Of a stretch of 62,206 bases of DNA, positions 37,418-50,000 are shown in pieces. Origin of the DNA: Prevotella sp. (lineage in GTDB: Bacteria > Bacteroidota > Bacteroidia > Bacteroidales > Bacteroidaceae); assembly GCA_036758085.1 (NCBI GenBank), contig DAIOXG010000001.1, positions 8,470-70,675 on the forward strand, given 5' to 3'. Below the pieces are notes generated by a model, which was given only the letters and a program-made list of their open reading frames with translations, ran no database searches and was not told where the DNA came from. The translations under genes were made by a program, and so were the position numbers. The stretch's first letter is position 1; every line of letters starts with the position of its first letter.

Positions 37418-40400
37418 ATGGCAGACGTTCAACTTACAGCCAGCATTGACGCAGCGGGTTTTAATCGTGGAATCAATGAAATGAAGCATAGTCTGAAAGA
37501 CTTGCAGGACACTGGCAACATGACATATGACAGACTCGACGAAGGCTTTAAGAGTGTCGAGAATCGGCTGACTTCTACAGGAGCATCTGTGAGAAGGTTG
37601 GAGACAGCTTTCTCCCGTTATGCTACTGCAATGTCGCAAGACTTGCAAATGGTGGCAGGTGCTTCTACACAAGTCGGTCAAAAAGTCGATGCAGCGTCGC
37701 AGAAGATGGCGCAGGATATGCGCAATCTCGTCCAGGCAGTAAATCAGTTGCAAACTGCTTTCACAACGTTATTGCAGCCTGTCAGAAGCATAGATAGTCA
37801 AAGTGCTCAAACTGTAACGCAGCTTCGTAACATTGTGAACGAAATGCGTACTCTTAACAGCGCAGTGCGGCAGACAAATGCACAGCTGCAGAACATGACT
37901 TCGAGCACGACAAGCAATACTCAAGCAAATAACGCAAATGCTGCTTCGTTCGATAAGCAGCAATCTTCTATACGCAGTGTCAAAGACATCATGCAGGCTG
38001 TGCTGGCTTTAGGCTTCGGTACGCAATTCGCAAAAGAAGTCGCAGAAGCCACAGGTTATATGGTGCAGCTCGAAGCTTCGTTCCGTGTGCTTTTAGGTTC
38101 TGCAACAGAAGCACGTAATATGATGGGCGACTTGGTGAACTTCGCAATGAAGACACCTTTCGACTTGAAGGGAACGGCAGACGCAGCAAAGCAGCTCTTG
38201 GCTTATGGCGTTGCAGCAGAAGATGTTATCGAAACTGAGCGTCGTCTCGGAGATATCGGTGCTGCACTTGGCTTGACAATGCGCGACTTGGCTTATCTGT
38301 ATGGTACTACGAAAACACAGGGTCGCTTGTATGCCCTCGATATGCGCCAGTTCACTACTCGTGGTATTCCTATGTTGGAGACTTTGTCGAAGCAGTTGAA
38401 TGTAACTACTGCAGACATCACGAAGATGGTTACAGCAGGACAAATCGGCTTCAAGGAAGTCAAGGACGCAATATGGGCTATGACTGATGAAGGTGGTCAG
38501 TTCGGAGGTCTGATGGAAGAGCAGTTCAATACTATTAAGGGTCAGCTCTCTAACTTAGGCGATGCTTGGTATCAGTTCTTGGCTGCTCTCGGCAAGTCAG
38601 CAGATATCGAGTTCGGCATTACAGACAATCTCGAAGACTTCAACGATAAGCTGATGCAGCTTTCTGCAAACGCAGACATTATAATCACCACTTTGAAGAA
38701 TCTTGGAACGGCTTTAGCACTTATGGGCGCTGCTCAAGGAGTTGCTTGGCTTGCAAAGACAATTTCTTCAATGTTGGCTTTCGGAACTGTCCTCGGTTCT
38801 ACTCAAGTGCAAATTGCAGGTTTCAGTATGCAGACAGCAACAGGAACTACTATTGCAGGAAACTTTAGGGCTGCATGGATAAATGCTGGCCGTTCACTTG
38901 CTAACTTCAGAACAATAGCTGCTTCGACAGGCAGCACAATGGCGGCTGTATCTACTTCTGCTCGTTTGCTTGGTACGGCAATAGGCGCTACAATGCCATA
39001 CATAGGAATGGCTATGGCAATCTACGGTGTTGTGCAGGCTCTTCGTGCTTGGAATACTGAGGTTGATAATTCAGAACAGGCAAGCATTGCTTTGGCAAAG
39101 GCTGCAAGCTCTTCTGACTTAGCAATCTCGAAAATGTACACTAAGCTCCAGGCAACGTCAGAAGGAACAAAAGAGCATACGGCAGCAATAGACAAACTTA
39201 TTGGAAAACTCGTTGAGAACAATATAGTATCTCAAGAATACTGTGACAGCTTGACAACAGAGGCTGCAAAAACCCAGCTTCTTATTGACAAGAAGAACGA
39301 GTTGGCTCGCATTGAGCGCAACAAAGAAGTCCGTTCTGCTGGGGATACTCAGCGTGAGACAATAATTTCTAATCGTACTGAGACGTTTGCTGAAGATGCA
39401 GAGGAAGAGCTAAGAAACAGAATAGGCTCTTATATTACAAATAGGGCAAACGACCATACTGCTGCAGGGTATGACATTGAACATCTTATCAACAAAGAAA
39501 GGATAGACCAATATGTGCAGATGTATGGCAGTACAATGGCTACTGTCTATAATGAAATAGCACTTGCCCAGGCTGACTACAATGCAAAACTTATTACGGA
39601 AGCAGAGTACAACGATAAGGTAAAGACTTCTCGTGAAGGTGCTGCAAGAGCAATTACTGCTCTTGCTAATAACTATGCAAAAGGTGCTGAGCAGGCAGAG
39701 AAGCTCCGTCAAAGAACACAAGACTTGTTTGATGTTCAGACAGGATTTCAGAGCAACGGTTCGCTGTTCTCCAAAGACCTTGTCGGCAGCTTCAAGGACT
39801 ATGTGCAGGAGTTGGTTGATGTAGAGACTGCAGTTAATCAGCTTACAGGAACTCACTCTAATCCTGCACAAGAGTATAAATCTTTGTTTACATGGTTTGT
39901 TTTGCTTCGGCAAATGACGACTGAAGGCATAGACCTAAACAATATGGTAGATGTAAAAGGAAATGCAGTTTCTGCAATGGCTGCTTTGTCTACTGTAGAG
40001 GAACTAATATCTAAGCTGGATGAAATAACTTCTGACCCGAAGATGATTCAAATAGACATCGAGAAAGGAGCACTCAATTCTTTGGAGCAGTTCGTCGACC
40101 ACGGCAAAGACCAGATTAAAGCACTTGTAGATTATGCCAGAGAACACCCTACAGAGTTTACTGCAAACATCGATGAAATAGAGGCAAACATGAACTCTAT
40201 CGTGCAGAAGATGGAAGCTGACCCAGACCATTGGAAGGAGCACACAACGCAGTTCACAGGCGAATTGACTGCTTTGAACAATGCTCTGAATACAGGAGCT
40301 GATGACATAGAACGTTTCAAGAAGAATCACGGAAAGATAGACATCGACTTCGGTGTTATTCTTCGCAACAATAGTTTGAAGTTAGTCGAAGGCATGCTTG

Positions 40401-43400
40401 AAAAACTCAAGAAGGCTTTCGAGGATTTAGGTATCGAGGATGCTGTGAAGCGAATCGATGCTGCTTTGACTTCTGTCCGTCAAAGAGTTGCTGCTGTCGA
40501 AGAAAAGCGTGTAAAGGCAGGCAATACTCCTGGAGATAGGCTTGCAGCTACACGTGCGTCTTATAAGGCAAGTGGAAAGGCTCCTGACTTGAACACTTAC
40601 AACGATTATACTACCCAAGAACTTGAGGCTCGCGTAAAAGACATTAAGTCTGCTTTGAAGAAGCTTAAAGACGACGATGAAGGCAATAAGGCAAAAGACG
40701 ACCTTAACGAAGAATTAGATGCTATAAACGCTGAACTGACACAACGCTCGCCATCAAAGTCACAGGCTGCTGCTGACAAGAAGCGTAAGGCTGCTGAAAT
40801 GGCTCGTCGTGAGGCAGAACGGAAGAGGAAGGAAGAAGAGCGTCGGCAGAAAGCAGCAGAGGCTTTAGATAAGCTTATGCGCAAAAATCAACTTGCTTTG
40901 GACGAAGCTTCTGATGAAAATCTCCTTAACGAATACCAGCGTCGTCTTGAAGAATTAGAGAACCAACTCAACAAGAAGAAAAATTCTATACAAGATGATT
41001 TAGTTAGTGCAGAGAATAAAGCAAAAGAATCTGGACGCACGCAGAACAAAGTAAACTACGGCGACGAAGAAAGAACATCTTATCTTACACAAGATGAGAT
41101 AAGTGTTTTCTATAACGAATCTATCGAAGCTGAGAAGAAGTACAACAGAGAAGTACATGACTTAGAAATAGAGCATAACAACGATAGACTAGAGTTTATA
41201 GAGAAGTATGGTTCTTTTCTTGAACGAAAACTCGCGTATGAAGAAGATTATAACAGCAAGATAAAGAAAGCTGTTGAGGAAGGAAAAACATACGAAGCAG
41301 AATCTTTGCAGTTAGAGTTAGACGACAAGATACAGAATCTCGATATGGACAAGTTCAGAAAGTCAATAGATTGGGAGACTGTATTCGATAATCTAGATAG
41401 AGTATCTACACAGGCTTTGCAGGGGTTGCATAATAAGTTGCAGGCTCAGTTAGACACTCCTGACATAGACCCTGAGAACGCAAAAATACTATCGGAGAAG
41501 ATTCTAGAAATAGAGAATAAGTTGGCAGAGAGAACAGATTTTTGGTCTTCTCTTATTCCTGTTTTGCGTGAAAGAGTACGTTTATCAAATGAAGTTGCAG
41601 ATGCAGAAGAACGTGCAAGACATGCACGTGCAGATGCAGAAACGTATAAAAACAGTGCAATATCGCAGGTTTCTGAGATTACAGGAATCAGAGAAGGAAG
41701 AATTAGTCAAGTTTGGGATACAGTAGGTAGTAAAAATACCAAAGATATATTATCGTATTTCGGAATTGATGGAACAACAAAAGCTGGGCAGCAATTAACT
41801 GCTACGCTCATAAATTTAAGTAAGGCTACTGAAGCTGCAACTGAGGCTGAGCAGCATAAAGCAACTCTTAGCGATATGCTAAAAGGAAGCAGCATAGAGG
41901 ACATATTCTCAAATGCAGTATCTTCAAACGGAGGTGGAGCAAAGGGCTTGTTTAACGTTATCAACAACAATGCTCAGAGCATGGCTACAACTGTAAAGAA
42001 GCTTGGTTTAGAAGAAACTGATTTTGGGCAAGCAGTTACAGGAGTATCAGAAGCTACACAAGGTTTCATGTCGGCAATTCAGTCTTTAGCCACCGGAGAC
42101 ATATTTGGTGCTATAAACGGTGTATTAGATGGATTTAGCGGGCTAATGAAGCTTGGAACTGCTATATGGGGTACCTCATTTTATGAGGATTTTGAGAAAG
42201 ACCAGCGCAGGGCAAGAGACGAAGCTGCACTAACACAAATGACAGCTGCTATTAAAGAGAATACTAAGGCTCTGAATGATTGGTTAGGTGAACAAGGATT
42301 TGCAGGTTTCGTACAGGACTTGGATATTGCAGCTGCGAAGTACGATTCTTTCTTTAAGCGAGCCAATGGAGAAGAGATAGAGTACAGAGATAAGAATGCT
42401 GGAGCAGTAGAGTGGCTTTCCGGCCACCATCGTTACACTACTACTGCAAGAGAGAATTTGAAGATTCAAACTCAGCACGCATCTTATTGGCGCGGTGAGA
42501 ATACAGAGAATCTTGAGCAGTGGGTACGTGAAAAGATGGGCAAAGAGTTGTTCACTGAAGATGGACGTTTGGACTTGGCTGTCTATGAAGCTATGAAGCA
42601 GCAGTCGTGGTATAATAACGTAAAGGACTACTCTAAGCAGACTTTGGAAGACCTTGCAAAACTCGAAGAAGAGTACAAGAAGATATTCGACGAATTAAAA
42701 GAATATTATTCAGACTTATACTCTCCTTTAGGTGATTCTCTTATCGAATCTGTTTGGGATTGGTACGATACTGGAGTAGACGCTTTAGATGCGTTCCACG
42801 ATAAGGCTTCTGACACATTCAGAAAGATAGCGAATGAGTTAATGTATGAAATCTTACAGACAAACGTATTCTCTAAGTATCGTGAACAAATAGGAAATGC
42901 AATTACCGCGTATACCACAAGCGGAGGAAACGACAAGCAGAAGCAAGAGCAGTTCAGAAGCTCGCTTATGCAGATTGCAGCAAGCTTGGGAGTTGATTTG
43001 CAGAATACAATCCCGGCTCTGCAGGAGACAATAGAATTGCTCGACAAAGAGTTAGGCAAGTATGGTTTCTCATTTAACTCTGCTGCTGCACAGACAGCAA
43101 CAAGCGGTGCTTTCGAAGGAATGACTTCAGACCAGGCAGACGCTTTGGAGGGTCGTTTCACAGCCGTGCAAGGTTATACTGCAAGAATTACCGAAATACT
43201 CGAAGATTGGTACAAGAATGGCGTTATCTACAGAGAGAACTATACTACAGCAGGTTCTCCTGAGCAAGTCGCATACTCGCCTGTCGTGAATCCGTCAACT
43301 CAGGAAATAAGTGTAGACTTTACAGACTTGCAGCAGGAACTGAAAGACGTTAAGGAAGTAATGGAAAAGACAAACTCGAACATCGTTGCTTTCAACACAA

Positions 43401-43522
43401 GTTTCAATACTGCGCATGTAGATACAGCAGATACTCTCGATGCAATCGCAGGAAGAACGGCATCACTTCCAAGGCAAGAAGAGTTATTACGTAGAATGTC
43501 AAAGGACGTAGCAGAAATTTAA
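37418..43522 (+). CDS. Tape measure protein
   Basis: 2034 aa, Ala-rich helical; FAMKTPFDL...AKQLLAYG...LYALDMRQFTTRGIP. Confidence 0.95.
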   Translation: MADVQLTASIDAAGFNRGINEMKHSLKDLQDTGNMTYDRLDEGFKSVENRLTSTGASVRRLETAFSRYATAMSQDLQMVAGASTQVGQKVDAASQKMAQDMRNLVQAVNQLQTAFTTLLQPVRSIDSQSAQTVTQLRNIVNEMRTLNSAVRQTNAQLQNMTSSTTSNTQANNANAASFDKQQSSIRSVKDIMQAVLALGFGTQFAKEVAEATGYMVQLEASFRVLLGSATEARNMMGDLVNFAMKTPFDLKGTADAAKQLLAYGVAAEDVIETERRLGDIGAALGLTMRDLAYLYGTTKTQGRLYALDMRQFTTRGIPMLETLSKQLNVTTADITKMVTAGQIGFKEVKDAIWAMTDEGGQFGGLMEEQFNTIKGQLSNLGDAWYQFLAALGKSADIEFGITDNLEDFNDKLMQLSANADIIITTLKNLGTALALMGAAQGVAWLAKTISSMLAFGTVLGSTQVQIAGFSMQTATGTTIAGNFRAAWINAGRSLANFRTIAASTGSTMAAVSTSARLLGTAIGATMPYIGMAMAIYGVVQALRAWNTEVDNSEQASIALAKAASSSDLAISKMYTKLQATSEGTKEHTAAIDKLIGKLVENNIVSQEYCDSLTTEAAKTQLLIDKKNELARIERNKEVRSAGDTQRETIISNRTETFAEDAEEELRNRIGSYITNRANDHTAAGYDIEHLINKERIDQYVQMYGSTMATVYNEIALAQADYNAKLITEAEYNDKVKTSREGAARAITALANNYAKGAEQAEKLRQRTQDLFDVQTGFQSNGSLFSKDLVGSFKDYVQELVDVETAVNQLTGTHSNPAQEYKSLFTWFVLLRQMTTEGIDLNNMVDVKGNAVSAMAALSTVEELISKLDEITSDPKMIQIDIEKGALNSLEQFVDHGKDQIKALVDYAREHPTEFTANIDEIEANMNSIVQKMEADPDHWKEHTTQFTGELTALNNALNTGADDIERFKKNHGKIDIDFGVILRNNSLKLVEGMLEKLKKAFEDLGIEDAVKRIDAALTSVRQRVAAVEEKRVKAGNTPGDRLAATRASYKASGKAPDLNTYNDYTTQELEARVKDIKSALKKLKDDDEGNKAKDDLNEELDAINAELTQRSPSKSQAAADKKRKAAEMARREAERKRKEEERRQKAAEALDKLMRKNQLALDEASDENLLNEYQRRLEELENQLNKKKNSIQDDLVSAENKAKESGRTQNKVNYGDEERTSYLTQDEISVFYNESIEAEKKYNREVHDLEIEHNNDRLEFIEKYGSFLERKLAYEEDYNSKIKKAVEEGKTYEAESLQLELDDKIQNLDMDKFRKSIDWETVFDNLDRVSTQALQGLHNKLQAQLDTPDIDPENAKILSEKILEIENKLAERTDFWSSLIPVLRERVRLSNEVADAEERARHARADAETYKNSAISQVSEITGIREGRISQVWDTVGSKNTKDILSYFGIDGTTKAGQQLTATLINLSKATEAATEAEQHKATLSDMLKGSSIEDIFSNAVSSNGGGAKGLFNVINNNAQSMATTVKKLGLEETDFGQAVTGVSEATQGFMSAIQSLATGDIFGAINGVLDGFSGLMKLGTAIWGTSFYEDFEKDQRRARDEAALTQMTAAIKENTKALNDWLGEQGFAGFVQDLDIAAAKYDSFFKRANGEEIEYRDKNAGAVEWLSGHHRYTTTARENLKIQTQHASYWRGENTENLEQWVREKMGKELFTEDGRLDLAVYEAMKQQSWYNNVKDYSKQTLEDLAKLEEEYKKIFDELKEYYSDLYSPLGDSLIESVWDWYDTGVDALDAFHDKASDTFRKIANELMYEILQTNVFSKYREQIGNAITAYTTSGGNDKQKQEQFRSSLMQIAASLGVDLQNTIPALQETIELLDKELGKYGFSFNSAAAQTATSGAFEGMTSDQADALEGRFTAVQGYTARITEILEDWYKNGVIYRENYTTAGSPEQVAYSPVVNPSTQEISVDFTDLQQELKDVKEVMEKTNSNIVAFNTSFNTAHVDTADTLDAIAGRTASLPRQEELLRRMSKDVAEI

Positions 43523-43525
43523 GAT

Positions 43526-43945
43526 ATGAACAAGCTATTCTTACACGCTTATGCAGCAAGCCCAGTTAGCTGCAACTTACAGACTTATGGAGCTTTCTTA
43601 GAAGAGAGCTCCTTGTCTGCGCTTTTAACTCCAGCTCCAATGAAGGAGAATCCTAACGACGATAGCCCACTATATCACGGAGTTCGATATGACTCTGCTA
43701 CACCACGCAGAAACAAACGTGAAATTACTTTAGTCATAGGATTTAAGGCAAAAGATTTTGAAACGTTCCTAAGCAATTATGGAGCGTTCTGTACTGACAT
43801 ATTATCAAATCAGTATTTCACTCTTACGTGCGAAGCTGGAACTTTCAACTTGCTATACAAGTCATGTACGCAGGTTGAGGAATGGGCAAAGTCCGGAGTT
43901 GCTAAGTTCAGCTTGAAGGTTATTGAGCCAAATCCAGGAAAGTAA
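43526..43945 (+). CDS. Distal tail protein-like
   Basis: Follows the TMP; LLTPAPMKE...HGV...FSLKVIEPNP. Confidence 0.65.
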   Translation: MNKLFLHAYAASPVSCNLQTYGAFLEESSLSALLTPAPMKENPNDDSPLYHGVRYDSATPRRNKREITLVIGFKAKDFETFLSNYGAFCTDILSNQYFTLTCEAGTFNLLYKSCTQVEEWAKSGVAKFSLKVIEPNPGK

Positions 43946-44045
43946 AAATCCGATTTTGGTGCACTTTATAGCTCTGACGTGTAATTCATTACCGAAGTGA
44001 AGAAAATCGATTGTGGACGACAAAAACAGGCAAATTTACCTATAT
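43944..44045 (+). repeat. Dispersed tripartite element, copy 6
   Basis: AAAATCCGATTTTGGTGCAC...GTAATTCATTAC...AAAATCGATTGTGG...AAAACAGGCAAATTT. Confidence 0.85.
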
Positions 44046-44052
44046 TTTAGAT

Positions 44053-47000
44053 ATGGAAGGATTTATAAAAATCTACCGCGTTGTAAATGGCGCAACTGAA
44101 GAACTCAAAGAAGTCACTCTGAGCAAAAGAAGCTATTGGCATCACGAACTCGGAGGTGTTGATTATGTAATGCTGTTCTTCTCGTTAGATAACGACAATC
44201 TTGCTGTGACAACTCCTTTCAAAGAAGGAGACTTCATCATAAACCCAATCAACGGAGATAAGTATTTCATAATGGACTTGGCAGTTCCGAATGAGAATAA
44301 CTATGGCTTTTGGGACTTCCAACTACGCTTCGACAGCATAGTTACAGCACTATCTCGGAATATTTGCAAGTACACATTGCAGGAAGGAATCATAGAATTG
44401 TCATGGAAGCTTACTGACAGCTTCAGTAAAAATTCTGTGTTAAGACGTGCAATCTTAGGTTCTTTGGCGCAGGCCAACATAACTCAGTCAGGTAACTGGG
44501 TAATTGATGCTGAGTCTTTCACGGCAGATATAGATTTCTCAGAGCAATTCACTTATTCTCTTAACGGCGAGAAGTACACAGAACTTTTTGACAAGATTTG
44601 CGAGAACTATGGTTGCGAATGGTGGAATGTAAAGAACGGCAATGACAATGTCATATATTTTGGTATCGCTAAGACAGGAGAAGGTTCTGAAATAGAGTTT
44701 GTAGATACTGAGACAAATGCGCTTGCACATCAGCTGCAGATTATCTCTACCTCTACACAGAAGTCTGGAGAAGATTATGCGACGAAGCTCTATTATCGTG
44801 GCTCTGAAAGAAACGTGCCTCGCAATTATGACCTTACAACGGGTGTAAAGCGGGCTCCAGTATCATATCTGAACGATTCTCGTCTGCCTCTTCCCGACAA
44901 TACTCCTTTCATAGCATCCTCAGATTTTGCTGACAAGCCTCATGCCTGCGTCGAACTTTATGAGACAAATGACAAAATCTATCCTCGAAGATTAGAGTAC
45001 GTAACACAAGTTTTGTACTATAAGGGCAAAAATGATGAGGGCGACGAACAAAGGTTCTATTGTGTCAAGACAGATACTCCTGTAGCTGCACTTGCAGACT
45101 TCAAAGTAGATGCTTCAAAAGGCACTCTTTCTATTGCTTTCTCAAGCGGAAGCTTAAACGGAAGAAACTATGAGGTGCAGTTGCACAAGGCTTCTTTGAG
45201 CAGAGCAACCGTCTACAATCTTGACGGAACTCCGTTCGAAGGCAACAAGTCCGGTTGCTGGTACGAAATAGTCACTGAAGGTGGAGATAACTACACTCCA
45301 AACGAGTTTCTGCACCCTGCAGTCGGAGACGAGTGTCAGCTGTTTAATTGGATTGCATACAACACAACAACGAAGCAGCTTACAGCACCAATGCTCCAGC
45401 TTATTGCAGACGCAAGGGCAGAACTTTATGCAGCAGCCCAGGAGCGTTTCAAGGAGATTTGTGTGCTGAACACAAGCTTTACTTGTGTACCTGCAAAAGT
45501 AGGCACTCCTTCTTCGATGTTACTTAGCATTGGACAATCAGTAAAGGTCAATACTGCTCCTGTACTTGTAGGTGCTTCTTTTCTTTCCCGCATCCGTGCT
45601 GTCGAAGTAATGCTTTACAATCCAAACGACAGAACTTATACAGTCGGAATAGGAGCAAAATACTCAAGACTTGGACGAATCATAAATAGTCTTCGAGAGA
45701 ATCGCGAGGACTTAAAGAACGTAGAGGACGAAGTAAACAATCAAACTACTCCAACAACCTACGTTATTCGCGAGAAGAGCGGATTCCAGGCAGTTCGCTT
45801 AAAGCAAGATGGTAATTTTATACCAAATACACTTTCTTTTGAAGTATTCGGAATTACAGGACGTACAGAAGTTAATTGCACTGACAGGAGTTCAATGCGA
45901 ATTAAGTTCGACAATGGCGCATGGGTTTCTCCTGATGTAGACGGAAACTTCCAAGTAAGCGGAAATTTCCAGACAATTACGGCATCAGCATTTACAGACG
46001 AATCTCTAGAGGTATTGCGTGCATCAATGACTTTGCACAAGATAGAGGACGGAAGCAGCGCTGCATCTTTAGTAATTACGAATCCGTTGCAGATTATAGA
46101 GGTCAATGAAGATTGGGACGTAGGCTATGCTTTTGCAGACGATACAGATTCTTACGAGACTGACATATATTGTTTCTCTAAAGAAGGAAATCTGCCAATG
46201 ACAGATATTGACATCTTCTTAGAAGCAACTAATGGCTCTAAAGTCGCAATAGTCACTGACGGAGTCGCAATAGGCAACACTACAATTAACGGAGCATCAA
46301 TCAGAGTTACTTTCATTGTGCAGAACAATAAAGGACATCTGAGCGTTGTGTTCACTAACGCCGCAGTAGAGCAACTGTTCACTATTCCTGTACTCGTTGC
46401 TGTTACCACTCTTGTGGGCGGTGCAACATCTGGAATAAGCCAGACTGCAAATATAGTTTTTAGGCAGAAAGGTGTGGACGGAACTGATGGCACAGACGGC
46501 TCGGCAGCATCCGTTCGCAAGCTTATTGTCTCACCAAATTATCTTGTTTCGGATGCAGAAGGAAATCTGCTTTCAAGACAACTCACGTTCAGCGGTCAAA
46601 TCGTGGTCGGAGACGGACTTCCTTCTGTTCTTACGGATGTGAAGTTCAAGGCAATAATCGATGGAAGTTCCGTCAGCGGAAACATAACTTCTCCTTATAC
46701 ACTTCCTGCGTCTTGCAAAACAGTCACTATAGAAATGTATGACGAGACAGGATTGACATTAGTCGATTCTCAGACAATTCCTATAGTCAAGCAAGGACGT
46801 GTCGGTAAGGACGCAGTGGCTGTTATATTGTCAAATGAGAATCACACTTTGTCATTGGAGGACGACAGGGACGTTATCAATTACTCAGGAAGTGGTACGT
46901 CTGTGAAGCTTGTAACTGCAGGGTATGAGTTTGTTCCAAAAGACTATTCAACATATCCTGAGGACGAGCGTTGGCAGCATTTGAAACCAGGAGAGTTCTT

Positions 47001-50000
47001 TGTGCATGCTGTAGGAACTGACATTACTGCAGGCGCAAGAAGCATCTTAGGAAACTCGTTTGCTTTCGGCAATGCAAGCAATCTTGTTGGTGGAATGACA
47101 GGGGCACGCGCAGCTTATATCGATTTCACAATATACTTCCGTGCAGGCGGCGAGACGCAGATTAACTATGTCCCGAAGCGCCAGAACTTCTCAGTAGCTC
47201 CATCAGGATTTAACGTAGCAATAATAACGCTCTATAAGAGAAGTGCAGAAGAACTTGCTGCAAACGACTTTACTGCTGCTTGCGCTGCTGCAACACCAGA
47301 CCCTATTACAGCAATTCGATATAACTTCATCACTAAAGCACTTTCTACGCTGCCTGCAGGATGGACAAGTACAATGCCAAGTACGAAAGAAGCAGCATTA
47401 TGGGCTGTGCAATCAACCGCAAGAAGCCGTACAGACGAAGACTCTATTGCAGTTACTGAGTTTTCTGAGCCTACGAAGGTTTTGCCAAGCGGCTTGAATA
47501 CAGTGCTAACTGCACACTCAAGCACAACTTATAACAGGACTTCGAATCAGCTTGCTCTGATGATAGTAGACGAAGATGGCTCGCACACAACACAGAATGG
47601 CTTCGGAAGCAGCAGCACAAGACCTGCCAGCGAAACTTCCGGAGCGTTGAAAGTGTTTGAGTTAGACCCAAGTACGCTTGACGGGCGCAGTACAAAGATT
47701 ATTAACATCTATACGGCAAATACAGTCGATGAAATCAACACTTACTTATCCAGCGTAGCAAACGATTCTATAGTCGCAGTTTGTGCTTATGGAAATGTAG
47801 TGTCAATGTTCTCAAAGTACACAGGAGCATCTGGCTTAGACAATTTCTTGTGTACGCTTGGCTGTCCTCGTTTTCGTTTGAACTCTGGAGAGACATTCGC
47901 CTTCATTGGAGGAAAGTTCGTAACTCCAGGTGCTGGCATATTGGCAATAAACGCAGGTTCTGTAGATGTTTCAGTCTTCATAAAGGACGGGGTTTTCGTA
48001 AACGGACAAACGCAGCTGAAGTCCGAAACCGTCACGCTTTATGGAAGATTCAACAATAAGGCAGCTGCGACAACAAGTTACAACAGCATTGGAACGCTGA
48101 CTTATAATTTCAACACACATTTGCTGGCTTCTTCACCTGCAGGTTGGTCGCAAGAGTTCCCAGAAGCAGATTCAAATAACTATCCTTGCTTCCTGATTCA
48201 AGCGACTGCATCGAATGTAAACGATATTGATGAAATACTTGGAAGCGAGTGGAGTGCTCCACAAGAGTATGTAAAGAACGGAGAAGGCTCACCTAATTTC
48301 GTATGGAGTGCGGCTTACATGCAGGTTAATCTTGATAAGAACAATAAGCCGCAGGTCTCAACAATTAACGAAATACTTACAGCTTATATCGGGCAGCAAC
48401 AAAAGAATATCAACTCTGCGACTCGTTTGGACTTGAACGGAACAAAGATTTGGGATTCAAAAAACGGATATGCTTCCGACGGAAGAACAACATTGCAGAT
48501 ACAGAATGTTATTCCTTTGTCTGTTTCAAGCGGATTGCTTACTTTAGGCTTTGCATTCAACACAAGTGCTGCGTTTGTTCCTGGAACTGTACATACTTTG
48601 ACAGCATACTTCACAATCTTAGACATCAACAATGTTGCACAAACTTACACTGCAACAATCAAGATTAAGTTCAGCACAGGCAATTACCCAGGAGAGAACG
48701 CAACCAAGTTAGAGCTTATTGCAGACAAGGTTGCAAATCTGCAGTTTATTGCACAGTCTTCCGGTTCTCCTTATTATACATCAAGTTCTCCTGTAACTCC
48801 TTCTTCAAAGACTTTTGTTGCCTATTACGCTGGCACAAATTTCTGTGTAAAGAGGTATAACGGTGAGAATCAGTCGTTGTTCACTTCAGTCTCCGGCATT
48901 ACAGTGCAGATTGTAGGAAACTTCGATACAATAACAATAACAGACAAATATACAAGTGCTCCTGACGCATCAAACAACAAGACGTCAAACTACCTATACA
49001 TTCAAGACGGAAATCTATATGTCCATGTTGGCGCAATACCAGGAGAAAGAAGTGTATATGTCAACAGTGATAGTCCTTACTATATCATTTTCCCGCCAAC
49101 TTCAGTAGGCGTAGTTGTAAATGTAGGAGATTTGTCTATAAGTACAGTTCTTGCAATAGACTATTCGGCTGTTTGGTCTGAGGTAAAGAAAACTAACGAA
49201 GAGTTGAGTTCTACTGTGCAGACTCTTACAGGAGAGTACTCGCATATTTTGCAACGCTCGGACTTAATCTCCTTGAAGGTAGGAAATGAGAAGACACAGC
49301 AAAGAATCAATTTGCTCAGCAACGCTTATGTAAATAGAGTGTTTGAAACGTCGTCTTCTGCATCAGATTCTTACGAGATAAGCAAAGTACGTTTGGAAGC
49401 AAACCATTGGTATATCTTATCCGCAGAGGCATTCGAAGCTGATACAAGAAAAGAGCTTGCCGTCTATCTGAATCTGGAAACTTCATACATGGCTTACTAT
49501 ACTTCGGTGAACATAAACGGAAGCTACAGAGCTGCTGTGAAAGGCTTCTCAAATGTTTTGTTCGAGAGGAAGGCTACTCTGTTCAAGATTGGCAGCACAA
49601 CAATGGAGACAAATGTCCTTGGTTACGCTCCTTCAGGCTATGCAAGAAAGAGCGTTTTGAAGTATGCTCAAATAGAAGATGTTACTGACACAATCAATAA
49701 GATAAATCCAACATCTTACGAACTAAATCAAGGAACAATCTCTGGCGCTACATTCGACGAGTTTGCAGCAATAATGGCTTCTCCTTACTCTTTAGGTCCG
49801 GAAGACTATTCTGTGAATGCTTCGTTGATATTGTCTCCAAAGTGTTTGACTGTAAACTCTACAGGCAATTCTGATTCAATGACTACTGAGACAGTTACTT
49901 TGCCGAATGGAACAAAAGCAACAGCTTATGACCTTACGTTCAACAATGCAACAGGCTCAGTTAGTGCATCTTACTATAAAGAGTTGCAGGCTTTATCAAA

